Shown here: one piece after another, positions 49,458 through 57,774 of the stretch
How positions within the stretch are numbered: the stretch's first letter is position 1
How the letters are laid out: every line of letters starts with the position of its first letter
Assembly: GCA_963692865.2 (NCBI GenBank)
Contig: OY843592.1
Span: 2,048,001 to 2,112,000, forward strand
Length of the DNA: 64,000 nucleotides
Reading direction: 5' to 3'
Source of the DNA: a bacterium
Lineage (GTDB): Bacteria; UBA8248
Notes under the pieces: model-generated
Seen by the model: the letters and a program-made list of their open reading frames with translations, nothing else
Databases searched by the model: none
Told to the model about the DNA's origin: nothing
Position numbers and translations under genes: made by a program

Positions 49458-50182
49458 GGGGCTGTTGAAAAAGGCTTGGAGAGCGATTCTGGTTGTGTGC
49501 ACGCTTTTGAATTTCACTCCCCCCTTGAGGGGGCTGTTGAAAAACCCTCGTCTTCGATCCCCGCAACCCGCCGACGCCTCTTTCCTCATCCTGAGTAGGC
49601 GCGTAAGCTCCGTATCGAAGGATGGGGGAACGCATCTGACCAGCGGGACGCGAATTTCGCCCTTCGATACGCGGCTTCGCCGCTACTCAGGGTGAGGCGG
49701 AGCGGCGGGCTGCGCAGGGCGAGGAGGGGATGGCGCCGCATCGGACTTTTTCAACAACCCCTTGAGGGTCAGGCTTCCCGAGGGGAAAGCCCGACGAAGA
49801 GGCCGAGCCCTTGGGCGAAGGCCGATTCGGTGGGGGGTAAAACGCATTATGTCTCCATTCCGAATTCTACCCCCCACCAGTTCGCTTTCGGGCTTACGCC
49901 CTCAGCTCACTGTCGGTCTTCCCCGAGGGAGACCGACCCTCAAGGGGGGAGTGAATCTTGTATCCCCCGGTCGGCGACATGATGCTCCCGTAGGGACAGG
50001 CCTCAGTGCCTGTCCTGATTGCAATCATCCTGTAAAGGGACAACCACGGAGGGTTGTCCCTACACCGCGACTCCTCATTCATCGGACCTTTTCAACAACC
50101 CCCTCAAGGGGGGAGTGATTTTCTCTCTCGTCGGTCGAGTACATACGACAAGTCTGGAAACCAGGGGTTTTTCAACAGCCCC
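49458..50182. mobile_element. composite MITE-like element (725 bp)
   Basis: Perfect 15-bp ends GGGGCTGTTGAAAAA / TTTTTCAACAGCCCC; 4-bp direct repeat ATAC (49454-49457, 50183-50186). Confidence 0.88.
49530..49761. mobile_element. nested MITE-like element (232 bp)
   Basis: GGGGCTGTTGAAAAA ... TTTTTCAACAACCCC with TTGAG on both flanks, inside a CACTCCCCCCTTGAGG palindrome. Confidence 0.85.
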
Positions 50183-50253
50183 ATACTCCTATACGATGGG
50201 CGGAGAGATTCGCAGACCCCGAATTCATTTTTCGGTAAAGTTTCATCATCCGG

Positions 50254-50610
50254 ATGGAGAAGAGCGTGAAGCACTATCATTTCGAGGAGATGGAAGCGCA
50301 CGATACCGGCGAGCGGATTCAGCGGGTGGTGGCGGGCGAGAAGCTGACCGTGCTTCGCCAGACGATTCGCGCCGGCGTGGACATGTACAACCCCCATTCG
50401 CACCCGAACGAGCAGATGACGATCGTGCTGGAAGGCACGGCGAGGTTCGCTTGCGGGGGTAAAGAGGTGGTGCTCGGGCCGGGCGGCGTCGTGGTTTTTC
50501 CACCGAACCAGGAACACTCCACGCGCAACGCGGGCGATGGGCCGCTCGTTCTGGAGGAGATATTCACGCCGGGCGTCGAGAAGCTGAACGAACTCGCGCC
50601 CGAGGATTGA
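50254..50610 (+). CDS. cupin domain protein
   Basis: PHSHPNEQ..VLEG and PPNQEH motifs. Confidence 0.88.
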   Translation: MEKSVKHYHFEEMEAHDTGERIQRVVAGEKLTVLRQTIRAGVDMYNPHSHPNEQMTIVLEGTARFACGGKEVVLGPGGVVVFPPNQEHSTRNAGDGPLVLEEIFTPGVEKLNELAPED

Positions 50611-50628
50611 AGCGGGCCGGAGAGAGGC

Positions 50629-51435
50629 ATGAGCCGTCTGACGATTACGGGACTCAGGAAAAATTTCGACGACGTTTGCGCAATCGACAATCTCTCCTTG
50701 GCGCTGGAGGACCGGGAGTTCATGGTGCTCGTGGGGCCGACGGGCTGCGGGAAATCGACGCTCTTGCGCCTCATCGCCGGCGTGGAGGATGAAGACGGCG
50801 GCCACATCTACTTGGACGGGGTTCGTCTGAACGGCATCCCGCCCGGGCGGCGCGGGGTGCAGCTCGTTTTCCAGAGCTACGCCCTCTGGCCGCACATGCG
50901 GGTTTTCGACGAGAAGAAATACTCGAACCTGGGCTTCGCGCTCAAAATCAGGCGCTGGCTGCCGGGGGTGCTGAACGAGCGCGCCCAGGACGTAATGCGG
51001 CGTCTGGGGATCAGCAAAAAATGGTCCCGCCGCCGCCCGGACAGCCTGAGCGCGGGCCAGCAGCAAAAAGTCGCCATCGGCCGCGCCATCGCCATACCGC
51101 CGCAGGTCTTTCTCCTCGATGAACCCCTGGCGAACATCGATCCGGTGGCGAGGCTCGAGGTCCGAAAAGAACTGCGAAGAGTGCACGACGAGATCGGAGC
51201 GATCAGCCTGCTCGTCACGCATGATTTGACGGATGCCTTCCAGATTGCCGACAGGATCGCCGTGATGCGCGACGGCGCAATCGTTCAGGTCGATACGCCG
51301 GAGAACCTCATCAACCATCCGGTGGATTCGTTCGTCGAGAGTTTCTTCACGAGCGTGCGCCATGAAAGGCTGCTGCAGGAGTTTCGCGCGAGGCGAAGGG
51401 CCGGGAAGGCGGAGCCGACCCCCGATTCACCCTGA
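50629..51435 (+). CDS. ABC ATP-binding protein (MalK/PotA-like), orphan
   Basis: GPTGCGKST, VFQSYALWPHM, LSAGQQQ, LLDEP, VTHD. Confidence 0.9.
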   Translation: MSRLTITGLRKNFDDVCAIDNLSLALEDREFMVLVGPTGCGKSTLLRLIAGVEDEDGGHIYLDGVRLNGIPPGRRGVQLVFQSYALWPHMRVFDEKKYSNLGFALKIRRWLPGVLNERAQDVMRRLGISKKWSRRRPDSLSAGQQQKVAIGRAIAIPPQVFLLDEPLANIDPVARLEVRKELRRVHDEIGAISLLVTHDLTDAFQIADRIAVMRDGAIVQVDTPENLINHPVDSFVESFFTSVRHERLLQEFRARRRAGKAEPTPDSP

Positions 51436-52206
51436 TTCGGGGTTTTCCAGAAAATCCCGCCATGCCGCCCAGTAGGCGGCGCCCCCCGTGTAATACGTGT
51501 CGTTGTGGCCCGCTCCCTGGATGGTGAAAAATCGCTTATGCCTTGATCCCGCCAATTCGAAGAGCCGCCGCCCTTGCGCGAAAGGCACGATGCCGTCCCT
51601 ATCCCCGTGCAGGATGAGGAGGGGCAATTTCACTTTCGGGAGCATGGCGGCGCTGTCGAATTTGGAGGAGATGATCCAGCTAACCGGCAGGAAGGGGAAC
51701 ATCTTCTTCCCCATGGCGAGGGTGCTCTCGAAGGGGCTTTCGAGAATCAGGCCGCGCGCTTTCTTTCCTTCCACGGCGAGTTTCGCCGCCACCGCCGCGC
51801 CGAGGGAGCGGCCGAAGAGAAAGATGCGCTCGGGCGGCACGCGCTCGACGAGCCAGGCGTAGGCGGCCCTGCCGTCGGCGTATAAGCCCTCCTCGCCCGG
51901 TCTGCCCTCGCTTTTCCCGTATCCCCTGTAGTCGAAGATGAAGACGCCCGCTCCCAGTTCTTTTTGAATGAGCGCGATGTTCTCCGCGCGGTGGGAGAGG
52001 TTGCCCGCGTTGCCGTGCGCCCACAGGAGCACCGGGCCGTCCGGGTCTTTGGGGGCGACGTGCCAGCCGTGCAGGCGCACGCCGTCGGCGGCGCTGAAGG
52101 AGACGTTTTCAAACATGACGCCGTAGTTTCTGGGCGTCACCTCGATTTCCCGGTAGGGATGATAGAGCAGGAAATTTTCTAATAGACCGAACATCCCCAT
52201 GACCAT
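51427..52206 (-). CDS. alpha/beta hydrolase (ABHD13/Bem46-like)
   Basis: HGNAGN, DYRGYGKSEG.P.E, GRSLG, HGDRD, GHND; start uncertain. Confidence 0.9.
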   Translation of the reverse strand: MVMGMFGLLENFLLYHPYREIEVTPRNYGVMFENVSFSAADGVRLHGWHVAPKDPDGPVLLWAHGNAGNLSHRAENIALIQKELGAGVFIFDYRGYGKSEGRPGEEGLYADGRAAYAWLVERVPPERIFLFGRSLGAAVAAKLAVEGKKARGLILESPFESTLAMGKKMFPFLPVSWIISSKFDSAAMLPKVKLPLLILHGDRDGIVPFAQGRRLFELAGSRHKRFFTIQGAGHNDTYYTGGAAYWAAWRDFLENPESG

Positions 52207-52270
52207 CAGCGCGCCTGCGCCGAGGAGCAGATAGCGGTGGAATTTTTGCGAGATTCGCAGCGGCCCGGTC

Positions 52271-52687
52271 TCATCGAGGGGGTTGGGCGAGTTCCCGGTG
52301 CGCGGTCTTGATGCAGAGGTTCTGGATCGTCGTGACGCCCGCATCCTCCAGGCGTCGCGCGGAGGTGGGATGCGCGATGCCCTTTTGCATCCAGAAGGCG
52401 CGCGGGCGTTTTTCGATGGTTTCATCGACAAGAGCGGGTATCTCTTCAGAACGCCTGAAGACGTTCACGATGTCGACGCGCTCGCTCACCTCGCCCAGGC
52501 TCGGAAATGCCTTCTCTCCGAGGGCGGACTCGATTCCGGGGTTTATCGGAATGACGCGGTAGCCCGCCTCCTGCATATACGCGGCGATGCGGTGGCTCGT
52601 GCGCGCGGGATCGTCCGAAAGGCCGACAACGGCGATGGTTTCCGCCTCGGCGAGTATGGATGCGAGCTTCTCGTTATCGGGGTTCAT
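52271..52687 (-). CDS. CoA-binding protein (YccU-like)
   Basis: IAVVGLS, IPINP, DIVNVFRR, WMQKG, LCIK. Confidence 0.92.
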   Translation of the reverse strand: MNPDNEKLASILAEAETIAVVGLSDDPARTSHRIAAYMQEAGYRVIPINPGIESALGEKAFPSLGEVSERVDIVNVFRRSEEIPALVDETIEKRPRAFWMQKGIAHPTSARRLEDAGVTTIQNLCIKTAHRELAQPPR

Positions 52688-52864
52688 TCGGGTAGTCTCC
52701 TCGGTTTTCGGCATGATACCACAGCTTTTTCGGGCGCATCAGGCGCTCGCGGGAACAGCGACTTGCCCTCGATGGAGCCTGCGTGTAAATCATCGGGGAG
52801 GGGAGAGGACGCGCCTCTCCCTGATTTCATCTTGAGATATTTCTCTTATCTGTGAGGACATGAG

Positions 52865-53548
52865 ATGTCGGATACGGCGATTGTCGAGATTTTCCACGAA
52901 TACCACTGACCCTGGGCGTACATGGCCGCGGCGCGGCTGGACAAAGTGATGCCCGAGTTCCGGGAAAAACTGCATCTCAAATGGCGCGCGTTTCCGCTGG
53001 AGGTCATCAACGACCGCCCGGCGCCGCGCCACATCGTGGACCAGGAATGGCCCCTGATAGCGGTGCAGGAGCCGCTCTCGCCGTGCAGGAGCTGGCCGCA
53101 CGAGGAATATCTGCGGACCACCATTCTGGCCTTTCAGGCCTACGCGAGCGCCTACGCGCAGGACCCCGAAAAGGCGCGCGTCTACGACCTCAGGATCAGG
53201 CGGGGTTTTTTCTACGAGGGAAGGCGCGTGGATGAGGACGCCGTGCTTTGCGAGATGGCCGATGAGGCGGGCCTCGACGCCTCCAGGGTGCGCGCGGATT
53301 TGGAATCAAGCGCATACGCGAAGGGCGTGATGGATGATTACAGAGAGGCCATGCGCTTAAGAGACGAAGAAGGAATGCCCATGACGAGCCCCACCCTCAT
53401 CTTTCCGAGCGGAGAAGCGGTCTTCAACCCGTATGCTTCGGATAAGACCATAGAAGGCGGTAAGCTCACCGAAGTGCACGCCCCGCCCGCCTACGGGGAG
53501 GCGGTGTACGCCGGCTACCGCGAGATTCTGGCCAGAGCGGCGAGGTGA
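52865..53548 (+). CDS. DsbA/FrnE-family thioredoxin-fold protein, probable selenoprotein
   Basis: RBS GAGGA, ATG 52865: MSDTAIVEIFHEYH-TGA-PWAY, in frame with the 52922 ORF; TGA (52907-52909) occupies the C of CPW; W.AFPLE and TSPT motifs. Confidence 0.85.
52924..52938 (+). promoter_or_regulatory. candidate bacterial SECIS hairpin
   Basis: GGCCGC-GGC-GCGGCT starting 14 nt after the TGA. Confidence 0.45.
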
Positions 53549-53732
53549 TGGGGGAGCACGCCTTGTATTCTCGACCCCGGTAATTTCTAGCACTATCCTG
53601 ACAGGTTTGCTTTTAATGGATGAACCTGAAGGATCGGCAATCCGGTCGGTTCTGGGCCGGAGGTCTTGTTGTTCGGTTTTGCAGGCTGGACGTATGGAAG
53701 CATGTGCGTGGCATTTTCAGGACGATGAGCTG

Positions 53733-53824
53733 TAATACCACTTTGCCCGAGTTTCTATTGACACTTTCACCATTTTTGTAATATAAAATTCACCAGAATT
53801 ATATTGACACTTTCACCAGGAACA
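53733..53824 (+). repeat. four phased 23-bp imperfect direct repeats overlapping a promoter
   Basis: TAATACCACTTTGCCC / TATTGACACTTTCACC / TAATATAAAATTCACC / TATTGACACTTTCACC at 53733, 53756, 53779, 53802; TTGACA-N18-TATAAA inside. Confidence 0.75.
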
Positions 53825-53851
53825 TGGGCGCATGAAAAGCATGAGGACGCA

Positions 53852-55123
53852 ATGATCCTGCCACGCCACCTGAGCGCCGAATTGCTGGACGCGCTGAGCT
53901 ATTCACGTGTGATCAACATCGTGGGGGCTCGTCAGGTGGGCAAGACGACGCTCGTTCGGGACATTCTCCAGCATGGAAGGTTCATTTCGCTCGACGATGA
54001 TGCGTTGTTGGAAGCAATCGAAGACGACCCATGGGGACAGTTGCAGCGGCTCGTCGGCGAACTGAAAGACGGGCCGCTGGTGATCGACGAGGCGCAACGC
54101 TCCGGGAAGCTGTCCCTGGCGATCAAGAGGATTGTCGATCTCGGGGATCAAATGGGGCAGTTTGTCCTCACGGGTTCCTCCAACATTTTCACGACGCTGC
54201 ACGTGGCCGATTCGCTTGCCGGCCGCATTTTGACGTTGAAGTTGTGGCCGATGACCGTGGCCGAAACGATGTCGCGCGGCCCGTCGAAGATACTGGATTG
54301 GGCGATCTCCAAATCGCCGGACTTGAACGATCTGCCGGCGCCGGAAACTGCGACGAGGGCGGATTATGTCGATCTCGTCCTGAGCGGTGGGTTTCCCGGA
54401 ATCCGGGACCTCGATAACAGGAGGCGGCAGAAGGTTTATTTCGATTACGTTGATACGGTGGTGGACCGCGATGTTTCCGACATCGTCCGCATCCGAAAAA
54501 GCGACGCCCTGCGGCGCTTACTTGACCAATTGGCAATTCGTACGGGTTCCGAGCTCAACATCTCGCTGCTTTGCAAACTTATCGGCGTGCAACGCAATAC
54601 CGTCGAACAGTACCTTGATGTGCTGATACGGCTTTCGCTGGTCGTCAAACTGGGCGCCTGGACATCCGGAGAAGCCCGCCGCGAGATCAAGAACGCAAAG
54701 TATCATTTCGCCGATACGGGGATAGCGGCGGCGCTTCGAAACTTGACGCCTCGGTCATTCGATCCCGATGCCGACCCCAAAGCGCTTGGCGGATTGCTCG
54801 AGAGCTTTGTTTTTTCCGAACTCTTGCGCTCCGCGCCGTATCAGGATAACGGTTTTCGTTTCTATCACTGGCGCGACCAACGGGGGCGGGAGGTCGATAT
54901 TCTTGCGGAGAGCGCAAACGACATGGCGGCCATCGAGGTAAAAGCGTCCTCCTCGGTGAGCCGTCAGGATTTCAGGCATTTGGAATGGTTTGCCGGCGAA
55001 GGTCCGGGGAAAACCCGGGAAGTGACCTCGATAGTTTTCTATTTCGGCGAAGAGAAGCTGGGTTTCGGCGAACGTCGATATGCCTTGCCGGTGAGTTGCT
55101 TGTGGGGGGCAACGCGGAAATGA
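53852..55123 (+). CDS. AAA_14 ATPase with DUF4143 and PD-(D/E)xK-like C-terminus
   Basis: GARQVGKTT, IDEAQ, LTGSS, SLAGR, GGFP, K.HFADTG, EVD...IEVK. Confidence 0.92.
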   Translation: MILPRHLSAELLDALSYSRVINIVGARQVGKTTLVRDILQHGRFISLDDDALLEAIEDDPWGQLQRLVGELKDGPLVIDEAQRSGKLSLAIKRIVDLGDQMGQFVLTGSSNIFTTLHVADSLAGRILTLKLWPMTVAETMSRGPSKILDWAISKSPDLNDLPAPETATRADYVDLVLSGGFPGIRDLDNRRRQKVYFDYVDTVVDRDVSDIVRIRKSDALRRLLDQLAIRTGSELNISLLCKLIGVQRNTVEQYLDVLIRLSLVVKLGAWTSGEARREIKNAKYHFADTGIAAALRNLTPRSFDPDADPKALGGLLESFVFSELLRSAPYQDNGFRFYHWRDQRGREVDILAESANDMAAIEVKASSSVSRQDFRHLEWFAGEGPGKTREVTSIVFYFGEEKLGFGERRYALPVSCLWGATRK

Positions 55124-55199
55124 AACATTCGTTTCGGGAGATTCGGCGCATGCGCCGCCGCAGGTTGATGGCCGAAAACTTCCTTCGATGAGGAGCGAC

Positions 55200-56012
55200 A
55201 TGAACTACCGCCGTCTTGGCAGGACAGGGCTGGAAGTAAGCGAGATAGGCCTCGGCACTTCGCACAATTTCATGCACATGGCGAGCGGCGACCCCGCCCG
55301 GTGCGTCGAGATCGTCCGGGAATGCCTGGATTGCGGGATCAATTTCTTCGACACCGCGCCGATATACGGGGAATCCGAGCGGGTGCTGGGAGAGGCGCTG
55401 GCGGGCAGCCGCGAGAGAATCGTCCTCGCGACCAAGGTGTGGGAGTCGAGCGCCTCGGCGGCCCGCGCGAGCATCGAGCGATCCTTCCGCCACCTCCGCA
55501 CGGACGTGATAGACCTCTTGCAGATTCACAACATGGCGGGCTGGCGCGAGGTGACGCCCGCCATGCAGGCGTATCAAGAAGAGGGCAGAATCCGCCATCT
55601 GGGGATCACGGACAGAAGGCCGGAGAATTTCCCCGAACTCATCGAAGCCATGAAGACGGATGCGTACGACGCTATCCAGATTCCCTACTATCTGGGCGAG
55701 GTTGAGTGCCGCGAGGAGGTGCTGCCTATGGCGCGGGAGATGGACCTGGGCGTGATCGTCATGCGGCCTTTCAGCCATCTGAGAAGAGGCCTGCTCGACC
55801 CGAATGGCCCCGTCGCGCGCATGGAAGAGTTGAAAGCCTGCAGCGCCGCCACTCCCGGTCAGGCGCTTTTGAGGTATCTACTGGCGGACGAGCGCGTCTC
55901 CAGCGTCATCCCCGCCACGGGAAGGGCGGGCCGCATGAGCGAGAATGCGGCGGCCTCAGGCGGCGCGCTTCCCCCCGAAATCCGCGCGCGCCTGGAGGCG
56001 CTCGTGGGCTAG
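55200..56012 (+). CDS. aldo/keto reductase
   Basis: YRRLGRTGLEVSEIGLG, FDTAPIYG, ATK, IDLLQIH. Confidence 0.92.
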   Translation: MNYRRLGRTGLEVSEIGLGTSHNFMHMASGDPARCVEIVRECLDCGINFFDTAPIYGESERVLGEALAGSRERIVLATKVWESSASAARASIERSFRHLRTDVIDLLQIHNMAGWREVTPAMQAYQEEGRIRHLGITDRRPENFPELIEAMKTDAYDAIQIPYYLGEVECREEVLPMAREMDLGVIVMRPFSHLRRGLLDPNGPVARMEELKACSAATPGQALLRYLLADERVSSVIPATGRAGRMSENAAASGGALPPEIRARLEALVG

Positions 56013-56326
56013 GACGCCGTGGAAATGGCCCCTACCTCGTTGTCCACGATGACGGGCGAGGTGAAGTACTCGACCGTGGGATCGACGCCCAGACGCTCGC
56101 GCAGCCCGGCGCGCCAGGCGTCGTCGTAGAGCCGCTCGGCGTCTTCGCGCGATTCGAAAAGATACACCCCGCCGCCCGTGCGCACGTCGTCCGACACCAG
56201 ATAGTATTTGCGCACAAGACCGGGGACGTCGCGGTAGAGAGGGGCCGAGCGCTCGAAGGCCGCGGCCATCTCCTCGTGGGTTTTTCCCTCGGGAAGCGTG
56301 AAGCGAACGATTGCGGTGACTGCCAT
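56009..56326 (-). CDS. YdhR-like putative monooxygenase
   Basis: VPGLVRKYY, GGGVYLFE; RBS GGAGG. Confidence 0.85.
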   Translation of the reverse strand: MAVTAIVRFTLPEGKTHEEMAAAFERSAPLYRDVPGLVRKYYLVSDDVRTGGGVYLFESREDAERLYDDAWRAGLRERLGVDPTVEYFTSPVIVDNEVGAISTAS

Positions 56327-56337
56327 GAAGGTCCTCC

Positions 56338-56652
56338 CTATGCGGTGGAAGCGGCCCTGGCTTCGTTGTCGACGATGACGGGCGAGTCGAAGTACTGGAC
56401 GTCGGGCTCGACTCCCATGCGTTCGCGCAGCCTGGCGCGCCACACCTCGTCATGGACGCGTTCGGCGTCGGCGCGCGTCTCGAAGATGTAGACCCCGCCG
56501 CCTGACCTCCGGTCTTCGGACAGCAGATAGTATTTGCGCAAGAGGCCGGGCACGTCGCGGTAGAGAGAAGTCGAACTCTCGAAACCCGCAACCAGCTCCT
56601 CCTCGGTTTTTCCTTCGGGAAACGGGAAACGGACAACTGCGGTAACGGCCAT
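56338..56652 (-). CDS. YdhR-like putative monooxygenase (tandem paralog)
   Basis: VPGLLRKYY, GGGVYIFE; highly similar to its neighbour. Confidence 0.85.
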   Translation of the reverse strand: MAVTAVVRFPFPEGKTEEELVAGFESSTSLYRDVPGLLRKYYLLSEDRRSGGGVYIFETRADAERVHDEVWRARLRERMGVEPDVQYFDSPVIVDNEARAASTA

Positions 56653-56710
56653 GGGGGATACTCCCTGTGTGATGGGTTTGGGTCGGATTATAGCACGAAC
56701 AAGGTTGATC

Positions 56711-57774
56711 TCACCCAACCGGATACATGCGCGTGACGTTTAAATGCTATTACTGGCCTGTTAATTTGGCGCACCTATATCCTTCAGGAAATTACTGATG
56801 CGTGGACTCCATAGATACTGCCCTTCGCCTCTGTATAGTCTGTGTCCGTCATCGGCGTACATGAGCGGCCCGAACCAATGGAGGCGTACCGGCGCACCGC
56901 CCTTGGAATATGCGTCAAATGCATCCTTGACCAGGTCGGGCCAAAAGAAATGGTCGGCTGTAGAGTAGAGCCAAAGCGACGGAACACGCGCCGTCTTGCC
57001 GAACTCGGCAAAGGCGCTGACGAACCCAAATTCGCTGCAATTATGACGTTCATCATGCCTGTTCCCGCCACGTCCACCGGCGAAATTGACGACTCCGACG
57101 AGTCCGGCGGGTGGTTGTGATGCCAGCGCCAATACCGCGAATCCTCCACCTGACTGTCCGGCGGCGATTATGGTCGAACCATCGATATCCTGTTGATTTC
57201 TTAGTACCTTGATGACGGCGGCGTAGTCCTCCGCCGACGTTCTCCCGGCATCTAAATGCCGGCAGCCCCACATATTATCCACGTAGTCTCCCGTGGAGGA
57301 TGCGGCGCCCCTCCGTGCAAAGACGACCGCTTTATAGCCGCGCTCCGCGAAATCCTCCGCGATTCGCTGGTATCTGGCAAGTTGGACTCGTCTCTGGTTT
57401 CTCGAGTTCCCGTGTGAGATTACGGCGAGCGGGAACGGTCCGGGACCGGAAGGCGTAACAGTTAGCGCTTCGAGTTCGTGCTTCTCTCCATCGATAGAAA
57501 CAGCCAATGTGCCCGAGTTCACTTCGAGGTTCGAATATGGGATAGCAGGACTCGTCTTGCCAGGAGTTTTATTCAGCACGAGATTCCGTTCTTCGCGAAG
57601 CTTTGTCGGGGCTTCACGGACCTGACAGCCTGACAACACCAGCATGGAAAAAGCGACGACAAACATCGCAAAGAGCACTGAAAAACGTGATGGAGTCGTC
57701 GAACATAGACGCGAATGTCTCATTCTTCTCCCTCCCTTTCGCTCGTTCACCCAACCGGATACATGCGCTTGACG
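56711..57774. repeat. 28-bp direct repeats bracketing a one-gene cassette
   Basis: TCACCCAACCGGATACATGCGC(G/T)TGACG at 56711-56738 and 57747-57774 (27/28). Confidence 0.9.
56761..57723 (-). CDS. dienelactone-hydrolase/S9-like alpha/beta hydrolase, probable lipoprotein
   Basis: Lipobox LSGC, GPFPLAVISHG, GQSGGG, NFAGG, DGH; lower GC than flanks. Confidence 0.85.
   Translation of the reverse strand: MRHSRLCSTTPSRFSVLFAMFVVAFSMLVLSGCQVREAPTKLREERNLVLNKTPGKTSPAIPYSNLEVNSGTLAVSIDGEKHELEALTVTPSGPGPFPLAVISHGNSRNQRRVQLARYQRIAEDFAERGYKAVVFARRGAASSTGDYVDNMWGCRHLDAGRTSAEDYAAVIKVLRNQQDIDGSTIIAAGQSGGGFAVLALASQPPAGLVGVVNFAGGRGGNRHDERHNCSEFGFVSAFAEFGKTARVPSLWLYSTADHFFWPDLVKDAFDAYSKGGAPVRLHWFGPLMYADDGHRLYRGEGQYLWSPRISNFLKDIGAPN

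Noticed and set aside
9709-49937. Integron attC sites
   Set aside because: The micro-hairpins lack the outer RYYYAAC/GTTRRRY boxes in attC order, are too short, and do not follow cassette ORFs; no intI in the window
9544-50182. CRISPR array suggested by recurring short palindromes
   Set aside because: Repeats are dispersed, inverted and of several families; there is no regular repeat-spacer periodicity and no cas gene
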